A stretch of DNA of 64,000 nt from an uncultured Bacteroidota bacterium (GTDB lineage Bacteria; Bacteroidota; Ignavibacteria; UBA10030; UBA6906). How positions within the stretch are numbered: the stretch's first letter is position 1; every line of letters begins with the position of its first letter. Below the pieces are notes generated by a model. That model saw only the letters and a list, made by a program, of their open reading frames with translations, was not told the DNA's origin and made no database searches. Shown one piece after another: positions 31,569 through 41,482 of this stretch. The stretch spans positions 224,001 to 288,000 of the forward strand of contig CAVOYH010000005.1 of assembly GCA_963700635.1 (NCBI GenBank), read 5' to 3'. The position numbers and the translations under genes are program-made.

Positions 31569-32072
31569 GTGGCGGGAGTACTGTATCAATACCTATCTGA
31601 TGATCACGACAGACTCGACGCTCTCCTGCTCCGGGCTGCGGAGAAACCCGGCGATATGAACATGGAGTCTTATGCCGACTTCCGTAAAGGCCTGCTAAGG
31701 CATATTGCAGTGGAAGAAAAGATCGTACTGCCGGCAATAACACGATTACAGGGAGGCAAGCCGGCAGAGATCGCCGCGAGGCTCCGGCTTGACCACGGCG
31801 CGATTGTTGCTCTTCTGGTACCTCCGCCCACTTCATCCATCGTCCTCACAATCCGCTCAATCCTTGAAGTGCACAATGCTCTTGAAGAACAAGATGGCGG
31901 CTTGTACCAACTTTTTGAACGGTTGGCCGGGCCGGAGACGGAGAAGCTTCTCAGACAATTGAAGGGCGCTCCCGATGTGCCTGTGTTGCCGCACAACGAA
32001 CGACCGGGCGTAATGGAAGCCACTCAACGGGCGGTTGCGCGGGCAGGATACGAGTTTAAGACCGGGGCCTAA
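31569..32072 (+). CDS. Hemerythrin-domain protein
   Basis: DHDRLD, RHIAVEEKIV, DHGAI, HNALEE; GTG start after AGGAGG. Confidence 0.85.
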   Translation: MAGVLYQYLSDDHDRLDALLLRAAEKPGDMNMESYADFRKGLLRHIAVEEKIVLPAITRLQGGKPAEIAARLRLDHGAIVALLVPPPTSSIVLTIRSILEVHNALEEQDGGLYQLFERLAGPETEKLLRQLKGAPDVPVLPHNERPGVMEATQRAVARAGYEFKTGA

Positions 32073-32093
32073 CAGGCTTGAACTCCACCGGAA

Positions 32094-32441
32094 TCAAAAC
32101 ACCCCATTCCGGTTCGGAGAATCTTCCGGTACCTCCTGCGCGGCCTCCCACTCTTCAATGATACGATCGCCTTCAAACCGGAAAAAGTGCATCAGCGTAA
32201 TGTCCGGCATCTCCGGCGTCAGCCGTACCCTTCCATGCACAGCTACCAAATCCCCATCTTCGAGTGCCCGCAGGATCTCGAAGACTTTTTTGGGATACTC
32301 AATGGCACTCTGTTCCATGCCGATCAGGAGAGATTCTCTGTCACCCTGAAAATATGGATTATGGTGAAGAAAATCGGGATGCACATACCTGTCATACGCT
32401 TCGCGCGCATCACCGGCCGCGGCAAGCCGCAGGAATGAGAC
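32094..32441 (-). pseudogene. SnoaL/NTF2-like protein, 5'-truncated
   Basis: VSFLRLAAAGDAREAYDRYVHPDFLHHNP...HFFRFEGDRIIEEW; no in-frame start upstream of the conserved first helix. Confidence 0.7.
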
Positions 32442-32536
32442 ACCAAAAGATGCGCTATGCGCCCGAACGCGAATTCGTCGGTGGTGGAAAAAACAAGCCG
32501 TTCCGGATTGAAAATGGACACTGGAGAATACGAAAT

Positions 32537-33406
32537 ATGAATGGTCTGATCAGGTGGTCCGTGGGTGTCCTTTGTGTGCTCTGGTTCATCTCGGCGAAGA
32601 CCCATGGGCAGGATACGGTGCAGGTAAACGGACCTGTTGAATACACCTATCGAACGGTGGATGACAGGGCTCTGAAGGCATACGTCTTTCAGCCGGCGAA
32701 CGGTGCTGCCGGACGCGCAGCCATTGTTATCTTTCACGGTGGAGGGTGGAGCATAGGAGAACCGGAATGGGCTTTCGGGCGTGCCCGACATTTTGCCGCA
32801 CGAGGTATGACCGCTGTTGCGGCTCAATATCGCCTTTCGGATCAGAAATCCATTACACCGGTGGAGGCCATGGCGGATGCCCGTGCCGTCATTCACTGGA
32901 TGCGCACAAGCGCCGCTGCTCTGGGCATCAATCCGAAGCGTATAGCGGCCTACGGGTGGTCTGCGGGGGGACACCTTGCCGTCTCCGCAGCGATTTTCAG
33001 CGAGACTGCAGTGCAGGGAGGAGTCAGTTCTTCTCCCGATGCGCTGGTGCTGGTCTCTCCTGCACTGCATCTTGAAAAGGACGGCTGGGTCCAGCGCCTT
33101 CTCGGCACGCGGGCCGAGGCCTCCTCCATCTCACCCGCGTCGCATGTGAGGAAAGGACTTCCTCCAACTCTTATTCTACAGGGAAGTGATGACACCGTGA
33201 CTCCGCTGGAAGGGGCCCGGCTTTTTGCCGACAGGATGCGGGATGCAGGGAACAGATGCGATATGCAGGTCTATCCGGGGGTAGGGCATCTTTTTACCCC
33301 CGCAGGCACGCGCGACGATGGGTGGCCGCAACCCGATGTGAAGGTCCAGGCCCTTGCGTTCAAGAAAGCCGACGACTTCCTGATATCGCTTGGATTGATG
33401 AGGTGA
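32537..33406 (+). CDS. Secreted alpha/beta hydrolase (esterase)
   Basis: Signal peptide, FHGGGW, GWSAGG, D and GVGH; GGAG SD. Confidence 0.9.
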   Translation: MNGLIRWSVGVLCVLWFISAKTHGQDTVQVNGPVEYTYRTVDDRALKAYVFQPANGAAGRAAIVIFHGGGWSIGEPEWAFGRARHFAARGMTAVAAQYRLSDQKSITPVEAMADARAVIHWMRTSAAALGINPKRIAAYGWSAGGHLAVSAAIFSETAVQGGVSSSPDALVLVSPALHLEKDGWVQRLLGTRAEASSISPASHVRKGLPPTLILQGSDDTVTPLEGARLFADRMRDAGNRCDMQVYPGVGHLFTPAGTRDDGWPQPDVKVQALAFKKADDFLISLGLMR

Positions 33407-33445
33407 GATCACACGGCGCATCGGGCGGACAACGGCAAACCCAAC

Positions 33446-34414
33446 TTACTGCCGCACCATCCAGAATGAACCCGGTTCTCTTCCGATTTGTGTTTTGAAA
33501 ACAGGACACTTTGAGGAAAACTCGTCAGTGTACCGGTGCGAGAGGTAGTTCAGTGCAGCGATTATCCGGTAGTCGGAATTCAGAGATAAGAATGCCTCCA
33601 GCAGGTACTGTTCATTCCAGAAGTAACGGCCCAGCATTTCACGCGGATAGTCATATGGTGTGGAGATATCGTGAATATGTACCAGCACGCCTTTCTGCAG
33701 TACCGGCAGAATCTCGAGGTATTCAAAAAGGACATCCCCCTGGGGCCGGATCATGTGCGATGAGTCTATAAAGAGAATGTCGTTGGCCTGCAGACTCTTA
33801 AAGAGGGACAGGTCGATCCGTTCGACTCTCTCTCGGATGACTTCCACGCCGATCTGATCCAGCCACGGGTGCTCGAACGGTTCAATACAGGTGTGCTGGC
33901 ATCCCGTTGCGTTGGCTTTGATGGCCGCTGCTGCCATGAGCGTGGAGTATCCGCTCCCAATTTCTATAACCTTCCTGGGTTCAAACCGCCGGATAACATT
34001 GTACAGGTACTCCGCGTCCCCGGAGCAGAAAGCGTCGTTGTTATAATAGAAGGTGTGCGGGTTGTCTGGCTTGCTGACAGGAAATTTCTCCAGCTCTGCA
34101 TTAAATGTAAAACTCCCAAGCACCTCAAGCTGTTCCCGATCATTCAAGTTGATTCCAGGAAGATTTCTGACAACGCGGGATGGACCCGAGAGATGCCGGG
34201 GATGAAACAATGGCTCATAATAATGATCGACGATCGGGAAGACTCCGACGCGCAAGAGGATAGATTTGCTGAGGCGGAAGTGCCTGAAGTTTCTCTCCCG
34301 CGCGGACCGAAGGAGGATCGCGGATAGTAATGTCAGCGGGGAGTAGACGAAATCGATAATTATGTTCAAGACGGTTCGGACGGAAGAAAGGGCTGATCTG
34401 ACAAGTGGATGCAT
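33446..34414 (-). CDS. Class I SAM-dependent methyltransferase (Methyltransf_24-like)
   Basis: IEIGSGYST, LFIDSSH, HIHDI, WNEQY. Confidence 0.9.
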   Translation of the reverse strand: MHPLVRSALSSVRTVLNIIIDFVYSPLTLLSAILLRSARERNFRHFRLSKSILLRVGVFPIVDHYYEPLFHPRHLSGPSRVVRNLPGINLNDREQLEVLGSFTFNAELEKFPVSKPDNPHTFYYNNDAFCSGDAEYLYNVIRRFEPRKVIEIGSGYSTLMAAAAIKANATGCQHTCIEPFEHPWLDQIGVEVIRERVERIDLSLFKSLQANDILFIDSSHMIRPQGDVLFEYLEILPVLQKGVLVHIHDISTPYDYPREMLGRYFWNEQYLLEAFLSLNSDYRIIAALNYLSHRYTDEFSSKCPVFKTQIGREPGSFWMVRQ

Positions 34415-34615
34415 GTCCTGCCTGATTATCGGTACATTATCGTTTGATTTCTACGGGGATGATCGACCGGAGTGGAATCCAGGAGACCAAAAAACATTCG
34501 TAAAAACAAAGGTACGGGGGTGATGCAAGAGTAGCAAGGAGAAAAGGGGGGCAGGTTCGCCTTAACAGAACTGGCCCGCCCGTGATGGGGCGAGCCAATG
34601 GCTTTGTTCCTTAGC

Positions 34616-34705
34616 TGGCGGAGAGGGTGGGATTCGAACCCACGATACCGTTGCCAGTATACCACCTTTCCAGGGTGGCCAGTTCAACCGCTCCTGCACC
34701 TCTCC
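34616..34705 (-). tRNA. tRNA-Ser(GGA)
   Basis: GGAGAGG/CCTCTCC acceptor, CTGGAAA loop, long variable arm, encoded CCA. Confidence 0.97.
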
Positions 34706-34724
34706 AGGGTCAGCAAATCGTTAA

Positions 34725-34782
34725 AATATAAGAAGATGGCAGTGGAATTGCAATTTGAAATTGTCCCGCGGCGTGGTATATT
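34725..34782. promoter_or_regulatory. Back-to-back sigma70-type promoters
   Basis: Minus strand TTGCAA-17-TATATT (34753-34725) for the tRNA; plus strand TTGAAA-16-TATATT with extended TG (34755-34782) for the glycan operon. Confidence 0.6.
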
Positions 34783-34814
34783 CATGGAACGCACAAACGC
34801 ACCTGCCCATCCCG

Positions 34815-36326
34815 ATGCCCTCACATAACCTTACTGTCGCACGCAATGCCCTCTGGAATCATGCCGGCAAACTGACGGACTACATCGCCTGGTATTGCTC
34901 TTCCGTCCTGATTGCCCGGGGATTGGGTGTTGAACTGAACGGCGTTCTGGCAGGGATGGTGAGCGGAATCCACCTGTTGCTCGCCGTTAGTTCTGTTGGG
35001 CTGGAGGTCGCTATCAACAAGTTCCTACCCCAACTTGCCGGCGACGATATCGCGTCTCGGGCCAGGAAGATTATCCGCAAGGCAGCACTCGCCCGGATTC
35101 TCCTCTATCTGGGGGTTTCTGCTGTCGTTATTCTCGCGTCCCGATGGATGTGGGGGGATCCGCTGGGATTCTCACCGTCAATCCTTGTGACCCTCTTCTT
35201 TTACGGCCTGCTTCGCGGACTCGCCCCCCTTGCAGCGATGGTGCTCATCGCACAGTGGCACACTGACCGTGCAGCGGTTATCAGCGGTACGACTCGTCTT
35301 CTGGAACTCATGATTCTTGTCGTGCTCTATAACATGGGCATGTCTTTGGAGTCGGTCATTCTTGTTCTCACTGGCACATTTGCCATCCAGCTCCTGGGGT
35401 ATCTGATGGCGGCGAAGAAATACTGGATCGGGCAGGAAACGGCTGTCCCGATGCGCCCGATCTGGATTTTTGGGACAATATTCTGGGCTAACACAATGGT
35501 GGACTATTTCCTTGGACGTCAGGGTGATATCCTCTTCCTTACTCTCCTTAGTCCGTCTACCTCCTCGGCGGCACTATACGACATTTCGTATTCCATTCTG
35601 CAGGCCGGCGCGATGGTCATGACTATGGGTTTTTCCGGAGTAACGCTGGCAGCGTTTGCCCGGCTGGCGCTCGGGGCGCGGGATTCGATGGATCGATTCT
35701 ATGGGAGTCTTGTACGTATTACTTCTCTTCTCATGATCCCTGTGATGGGCTTTCTTTTTGTAGTGGCTTCTGATATCATACAGCTACTTTATACGGATGC
35801 GTACGCAGGTGCGTCCGTGGTGCTTCAGGTGATGCTTCTGTTTCGTATCACGTCACGTTTGTTTGCGGGGGGCGAAAACGCTGACTATCTCCTTGCACTG
35901 AACAAGGTGGGGGATGTCGTCTGGATTGGTGTGATCGGGGCGGGGGTCACGGTGGTAATGCACCTGATCCTCATCCCCCGTTTTGATGTTGTTGGAGCGG
36001 CTTGGGCCGCGGGCGTCGGAACATTGTCTGCAAATGCCTTGGGTATTCTTCGGGTCAGACAGTATGGGAGTGCGACAATCCAGTGGCGCACGTGGGGGAT
36101 TGTATTGGGGATCACGGGTGCAGCCGGTCTTGTGGCCCATTCCCTGCCTGTGCCCGGTGCGCAGCCCGCGGGAATACTTATCAGGGGGTTTGTATATCTG
36201 GGCCTTGTTTCCGGTTTGGCCATGGTTTTCAGACCACTGGAGTTTCATGATGCCAATACCGTCTCGTCAATTTCACCGAGATTACAGAGTGTAGTTGGAC
36301 GTCTTGCACGGAGCCTGAGAGAATGA
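34815..36326 (+). CDS. Oligosaccharide flippase (Wzx-like, MOP family)
   Basis: Many TM segments; IARGLG, HLILIPRFDVVGAAWA; first gene of glycosyltransferase cluster. Confidence 0.85.
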   Translation: MPSHNLTVARNALWNHAGKLTDYIAWYCSSVLIARGLGVELNGVLAGMVSGIHLLLAVSSVGLEVAINKFLPQLAGDDIASRARKIIRKAALARILLYLGVSAVVILASRWMWGDPLGFSPSILVTLFFYGLLRGLAPLAAMVLIAQWHTDRAAVISGTTRLLELMILVVLYNMGMSLESVILVLTGTFAIQLLGYLMAAKKYWIGQETAVPMRPIWIFGTIFWANTMVDYFLGRQGDILFLTLLSPSTSSAALYDISYSILQAGAMVMTMGFSGVTLAAFARLALGARDSMDRFYGSLVRITSLLMIPVMGFLFVVASDIIQLLYTDAYAGASVVLQVMLLFRITSRLFAGGENADYLLALNKVGDVVWIGVIGAGVTVVMHLILIPRFDVVGAAWAAGVGTLSANALGILRVRQYGSATIQWRTWGIVLGITGAAGLVAHSLPVPGAQPAGILIRGFVYLGLVSGLAMVFRPLEFHDANTVSSISPRLQSVVGRLARSLRE

Positions 36327-36342
36327 GGATGAGATCACCAGG

Positions 36343-37485
36343 ATGAAGATCGGCTACGCATATCTTGAGCATGGTATGACGGGGGGGATTGAGAGAGCGT
36401 CCCGTGATCTCGCCGGTGCCATGGCAGTAAGAGGTCACGAAGTGCACTACTATTGCGTTCGTTCGACCGCTCAACCTCCGTGCAATGTGGCCATACACCG
36501 GGTCTGGGCACCGGGACCCACTCATGCGGCGCAGCTTGCCTCATTCGCCCTTTGTGCACCGCGAATGTTGAGCAGAGGCGGATATGCGATCACTCACTCT
36601 CATGGTACGATGATCGGTGCAGATGTTGTCACGGCACACAGTTGTCACGAAGCAGGGCTCAAACGTATTCAACACAATAGCATGGGCGTCCGCGAAAGGA
36701 CAAAGAACTTTGGGATAGCAGATCAGATACGACTCTACATTGAGCGCGCCAATTTTGTAGGGCGACGCTACAAAGCAGTCCTTGCCGTCTCGCATGGCGT
36801 CCGGCAAGAGCTGATGGAGGTGTATGGAGTTCCGCGTTCAGACATTACGGTTGTCCCCAATGGGATCGATCTTTTGCGCTTTCCTCAGGAGGAAAGGGAG
36901 TATCACCGGAAGGCGGTCCGTGAGGCTCACGGGTTGCCGCATAACGCAATTATCCTTCTTTTTGTTGGAAACGAGTTCCACAGAAAAGGACTCTCGGTGC
37001 TGATTCACGCTCTGAAACTCGTCAACCGTCGGGACGTGTATGTATTCGTAGCGGGAGGAGACGATGCTGCTCCGTATGTCGAGCGTGCAGGAGTATTGGG
37101 TGTTGCTGATCGGGTGAAATTCCTCGGCAAAGTTGCGCGTGTTGAGCCTCTCTATCTCGCAGCGGACCAGTTTCTTTTGCCGTCGAGTTATGAGGCGTTC
37201 TCCGTTGCAATGCTTGAAGCCGCCGCCGCTGGACTCCCGCTTGTGCTGACACCCGTAAGCGGAACCGGCGAAGTTCTCGTCGATGGAACAACCGGGTTCT
37301 CTGTTCAACAGGAGCCCGGGTCACTTGCTCGCGCCATCCAGCAGATCATCGGGAGTGAATCTCTCGGTCGGTTGATGGGAGCCGCTGCGCGTCATGCCGC
37401 GCAGCGGTTTTCTTGGGATCGTATTGCGGAAGAAACAGCTGAGGTATATTCCTGCATTTGTCTACAACAGAAGAAGGTCTTGTGA
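36343..37485 (+). CDS. Glycosyltransferase family 4
   Basis: GGIER, VPNGID, RKGL, EAFSVAMLEA (EX7E), FSWD. Confidence 0.92.
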   Translation: MKIGYAYLEHGMTGGIERASRDLAGAMAVRGHEVHYYCVRSTAQPPCNVAIHRVWAPGPTHAAQLASFALCAPRMLSRGGYAITHSHGTMIGADVVTAHSCHEAGLKRIQHNSMGVRERTKNFGIADQIRLYIERANFVGRRYKAVLAVSHGVRQELMEVYGVPRSDITVVPNGIDLLRFPQEEREYHRKAVREAHGLPHNAIILLFVGNEFHRKGLSVLIHALKLVNRRDVYVFVAGGDDAAPYVERAGVLGVADRVKFLGKVARVEPLYLAADQFLLPSSYEAFSVAMLEAAAAGLPLVLTPVSGTGEVLVDGTTGFSVQQEPGSLARAIQQIIGSESLGRLMGAAARHAAQRFSWDRIAEETAEVYSCICLQQKKVL

Positions 37486-37504
37486 ACATCCCCTGCGAAG
37501 CGCT

Positions 37505-39043
37505 TTGAAGACCACCCCACATCGTCTCTACGCGATTTTCGGGACAGCGCTCGGGCTTGCCCAAATCACGATGGTCTGGTTTCATCGGTATCTCCCGATG
37601 TATGATTACCCCATATGGCTCTATGAAGTGAAATGTTTACATCGATTGGTTGAAGGGAATGAAGCCTATACGAGAGTGTTTGAGTGTGCCACGGGCCCTG
37701 TTCCCAATATGGCTTTTGTGGGAGGCGCTTCACTTCTCTCGTTGTTGTTCTCATTAGAAACTTCAGGCAAGATTCTCCTGAGTCTGTGTATCATCGGATT
37801 TCCGTGGTCATGGCTCTGGGTCGTCCGTCGTGTTGTTGGCGAGTACCGTGGATTGGAATACTTAGGATTTCCCCTGACGCTAAATCTCTTTTTCTGGGGT
37901 CGCACATCATACCTGCTCGCGTTGATAGTGTTTGTCGTTGCGGTTGGATGGCTCTACCTCCGCCGTAACGATTCAAACGTCCGTCTTCTTATCGCGCTGG
38001 CCGGCCTCTCCGTTGTCTTCTTTTTCCTGCATGGTGCGATTTTGGCACTATGGTGTCTGGTTGCATCCATACTCCTGTTTTCTTCACCTGGCCATCTTCG
38101 AGATAAGTTGAAAATGATTGGGGTTGCGCTTTCCCCTGCAGTTGTGCTGGCCCTCTGGCACCATCTGAGTGTCGGCGTGTCAACCACTGTCCAAAGCACG
38201 TGGGGTTTTGTCGCCCTTGCCCGAAATCTCTTGAAACCACTTATGCTTTTCGTGAAGAGTTATGAATTGCCTTCCATGGTGCCGCTCTCGCTATTGAACG
38301 GTCTGTGGCTTCTTCTGCTTTGCATAAGCATGGTGCCGGTGGGTCGTTGGCTGCTCTCACGAAATGGCGTTCGGCAGCCTCTTTTTCCGACGATTGTGTT
38401 GTGCTTGCTGGCCGCAGTGATCCTCCCTAATGATGCCTTTGGCATTTCGTCGCCGGGCGGATACTGCGTTCTCCCGGCTATCTTCTTGATGATAATATCC
38501 GGTCCTCGGGCGGAACCGAGTCGCTGGCGTGCGGTTCCGTTGCTCCTTGTAACGCTAGTGCTGACTGCATACACGTTTCACCATGTCCAGAGGGTGGATA
38601 CCTTAATGTCAGAATTTGTCGGTGACATTCGTCGAAATACAACATCTTCCAATCTTCACTTAACGATTAGGTATGATTGGCCTGCGGGATCAGGAGCGTT
38701 CGATGCTATCTCAGCTTCTGTGAATCCTTTATTCGGTGCGCACTACTATTCTCTGCTCGAAACGGATGGAATCGCAATAATTCATGGAACATCTCTCCTT
38801 CGTGTTAGATCGGATTCGCGGTGGCTACACCCCCCCTTCAGCGGGGCCACTCGTCAGAAATATCATGAGTCGGTACTCGACAATGTCGATTGGTGCCGTC
38901 GATTTGTATCAATTTCGGTAACCGGGAGCAATCCGGAGGCTGCAGAGACCGTTGCACTGCTGCAAACAATGAGATTCTCTACAGTGTGCGCAAAACCTTT
39001 ATGGACGATACTCGTCAATGCCCAGAGACCAGAAGAACAATGA
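37505..39043 (+). CDS. Polytopic membrane protein, possible GT-C glycosyltransferase/polymerase (start uncertain)
   Basis: About 10-12 TM segments, N-terminal loop YLPMYDYP, soluble C-terminal domain; inside glycan operon. Confidence 0.65.
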   Translation: MKTTPHRLYAIFGTALGLAQITMVWFHRYLPMYDYPIWLYEVKCLHRLVEGNEAYTRVFECATGPVPNMAFVGGASLLSLLFSLETSGKILLSLCIIGFPWSWLWVVRRVVGEYRGLEYLGFPLTLNLFFWGRTSYLLALIVFVVAVGWLYLRRNDSNVRLLIALAGLSVVFFFLHGAILALWCLVASILLFSSPGHLRDKLKMIGVALSPAVVLALWHHLSVGVSTTVQSTWGFVALARNLLKPLMLFVKSYELPSMVPLSLLNGLWLLLLCISMVPVGRWLLSRNGVRQPLFPTIVLCLLAAVILPNDAFGISSPGGYCVLPAIFLMIISGPRAEPSRWRAVPLLLVTLVLTAYTFHHVQRVDTLMSEFVGDIRRNTTSSNLHLTIRYDWPAGSGAFDAISASVNPLFGAHYYSLLETDGIAIIHGTSLLRVRSDSRWLHPPFSGATRQKYHESVLDNVDWCRRFVSISVTGSNPEAAETVALLQTMRFSTVCAKPLWTILVNAQRPEEQ

Positions 39044-40218
39044 CGTGTTTCCAATCAGAACCAAGGAACATACTGGTCGCCCAGACCATCTACCTGGGTG
39101 ACCTCCTCCTTACGCTCCCGCTTCTGACGGCCCTCCGTGCACGGTACCCATCTGCAGCCATCGACCTGCTTGTTCAGAAAGATTTGTCCGATCTGATATC
39201 CCTTCATCCGGCTGTACGGCGGGTCCTTTCGCTGGATAGGACAGGTGAGCACCGCGGAATTCGTGGACTCCTCCGGCTCGTCCGTGAGATCCGTGGCGAG
39301 AAGTATAATATGGCCATCGTTCTGCCCGGCTCTATACGAACAGCACTGCTCTGTCTGGTCTCAGGAGTCCCGAGGCGGATCGGATGGGATCCTGGCACGG
39401 CGCTCAGCGGGCAGATGAAGCGGGTGCGTTTTTCCGGGGCGATGCACACTCTCCCTTTTGTCCGGCCGATTCTCTGTTTCGAATTGCTCTACCGGGTGAG
39501 TCGCCCCCTCCGGAAACTCCTGCCTCCACTCTTTACGGACACGCTTGAGTTTCATCCAGGTGATCATGCATCCGCACGCTGGGTTGGCCTCGTACGTCGT
39601 TCAGATTCCTCAGTTTCCGAATCGATCCCCGCACCCTGGCTGCAAATTCCGGAATCCACCCGGACCAACATCGCGTCGAGGTATCCATCCTCAAGGAAGG
39701 GAGGTGTGGTGTTAGCACCCGGAGCGACGCAGCCCACCCGACGTTGGCCAGTGGATCACTTTGGATTGCTTGCCCGTAACCTGGCAGCCGATGGGTACTC
39801 CGTGTACATACTTGGTGGCGTAACTGATAGGGAGCTTTCCGAACAGATAGCCCGGATAGCGGGATCTCCGGGCGTACTGGCTGTGGCGGGGGAGCTCACG
39901 CCTCTCGAGTCAATGGAGCTCGTCCGGCAGAGCGTTGTTGTGGTCGCAAACGACTCGGCTCCTGTGCATATGGGATCGGCGATGGGGACCCCTACAGTTG
40001 CACTCTTCGGGCCGACTCTTCCTTCGTTCGGTTTTGCACCTCTCGCGCCGGGTAGCCGGATACTCGAACGCTTCGGATTGCCGTGCCGACCCTGTACTGT
40101 GTATGGAAGCAGCTCTTGTCCTGTGGGAACATTAGAGTGTTTGAAGTCCATTAGTGTTGACGAAGTTTACGCCGCCGTGGTCGCCATTTCCGAAACAACT
40201 CGTGCCCGTAGCACATGA
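39040..40218 (+). CDS. Glycosyltransferase family 9 (heptosyltransferase-like)
   Basis: LGDLLL, LAPGA, RRWP, NDSAPVH, LFGPT, CRPC. Confidence 0.92.
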   Translation: MTCFQSEPRNILVAQTIYLGDLLLTLPLLTALRARYPSAAIDLLVQKDLSDLISLHPAVRRVLSLDRTGEHRGIRGLLRLVREIRGEKYNMAIVLPGSIRTALLCLVSGVPRRIGWDPGTALSGQMKRVRFSGAMHTLPFVRPILCFELLYRVSRPLRKLLPPLFTDTLEFHPGDHASARWVGLVRRSDSSVSESIPAPWLQIPESTRTNIASRYPSSRKGGVVLAPGATQPTRRWPVDHFGLLARNLAADGYSVYILGGVTDRELSEQIARIAGSPGVLAVAGELTPLESMELVRQSVVVVANDSAPVHMGSAMGTPTVALFGPTLPSFGFAPLAPGSRILERFGLPCRPCTVYGSSSCPVGTLECLKSISVDEVYAAVVAISETTRARST

Positions 40219-41474
40219 CAAACAGCAAGATTCTCATCGTTGATCATCATGCGATCCACCTCCAGGGACGGGGCCTCTATCAAGAACTCGCGAAGACGGA
40301 AGGGTACACGCTGCGCGTGATTGCCCCGCGTGTGTGGAGGGAATACGGCCTCACAAACTACTTTGACGCCTTTGCCCATCTGCCCGGGAATGCAGAGACT
40401 CTCACAGGCAACAACGCGAGGACTCTGACTTCCGCCCATGGCACCCTAAGCGTAATCCCTTCGTCACTGCTCTTCGGGGGAAAGCCTCATCGGAACTTCT
40501 ATTGTCGTCTCGCGCGCGAATTGCGCACGTTTCGTCCCGACATCCTTCTTGTGAATTCGGAGCCGGAAGGGTTTCTGGCCTGCCAGGCGATATTTCTCTG
40601 TGGAATCTTTCGATTGGAAACCGAGGTTCTGTTTACCACCTGGCGCAATATGCGCTATGGCGATCCCGGTGTGCCCTTCCCGGTGAAATGGCCGTGGCTC
40701 AGCCGGTTGATCGAGAACTACGTTCTCCCCCGCGCCGCTCATGGTATTGCCCATTCACCGTCTGCAACCGGGATATTCCAATCGCGAAGATTTAACCGGA
40801 TGTCGTATATTCCTCCCTGGGTGGATGTGGAACGATTCAGCGGAGATTCTGGGAAACAGGGTGTCCATACCGGAGGATACGCTACCCCTGCTAAATTGCG
40901 CGTCGGCTTCGTCGGACGACTGGTTCGTGAGAAGGGGGTTGATCTTCTGGTGAAGGCGCTGCAAGACGCCGGATTCGCGTTCTCTCTCACCATCGTAGGC
41001 GACGGACCAGAAAAGGGGAGGCTTGAAAGATTAGTCCATGCCTCCGGGCTATCGGAACACTGTACCTTCCTTCTCCCTGTGCCGCAGGACGCTATTCCGG
41101 ATGTGATGCAAAGATTCGACGTGCTCGTTCTTCCATCCCGGGGACGTTCCGGATGGAAGGAACAATTCGGAAGAGTCCTTATCGAGGCAATGGCAAGCGG
41201 TGTGGTTGTGATTGGATCCGACAGCGGAGACATCCCGGAAGTTATTGGCGGGGCTGGATGTATTTTCAGAGAAGAAGATAGCGAAGTACTCCGGACGATT
41301 CTGCAGAGACTCGCCGGCGATGAAAGGCTGCGACAGACTTACAAAGAGGCGGGAATTCGCAGGGTTACCGATGAGTATTCATTGGCGGTGGCAGTGAATC
41401 GTTACCGTGAGCTCTTTGACACGTTGAAGTTCAAACGAGAAATCCGTACGATAGATGAAAGATCCTCGAAATAG
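40215..41474 (+). CDS. Glycosyltransferase family 4
   Basis: FVGRLVREKG, WKEQFGRVLIEAMA. Confidence 0.92.
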   Translation: MTNSKILIVDHHAIHLQGRGLYQELAKTEGYTLRVIAPRVWREYGLTNYFDAFAHLPGNAETLTGNNARTLTSAHGTLSVIPSSLLFGGKPHRNFYCRLARELRTFRPDILLVNSEPEGFLACQAIFLCGIFRLETEVLFTTWRNMRYGDPGVPFPVKWPWLSRLIENYVLPRAAHGIAHSPSATGIFQSRRFNRMSYIPPWVDVERFSGDSGKQGVHTGGYATPAKLRVGFVGRLVREKGVDLLVKALQDAGFAFSLTIVGDGPEKGRLERLVHASGLSEHCTFLLPVPQDAIPDVMQRFDVLVLPSRGRSGWKEQFGRVLIEAMASGVVVIGSDSGDIPEVIGGAGCIFREEDSEVLRTILQRLAGDERLRQTYKEAGIRRVTDEYSLAVAVNRYRELFDTLKFKREIRTIDERSSK

Positions 41475-41482
41475 AGTCAGGC

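Larger units (their letters stand above)
30823..34631. mobile_element. Remnant tRNA-Ser-associated genomic island, no integrase
   Basis: 14-bp direct repeat GCGGAGAGGGTGGG at 30823-30836 and 34618-34631 (tRNA 3' end); unrelated mixed-strand cargo. Confidence 0.6.

Noticed and set aside
32067-32090. GCCTAAC at a stop codon, like an integron attC end
   Set aside because: No matching GTTRRRY arm or attC hairpin, and no integron integrase
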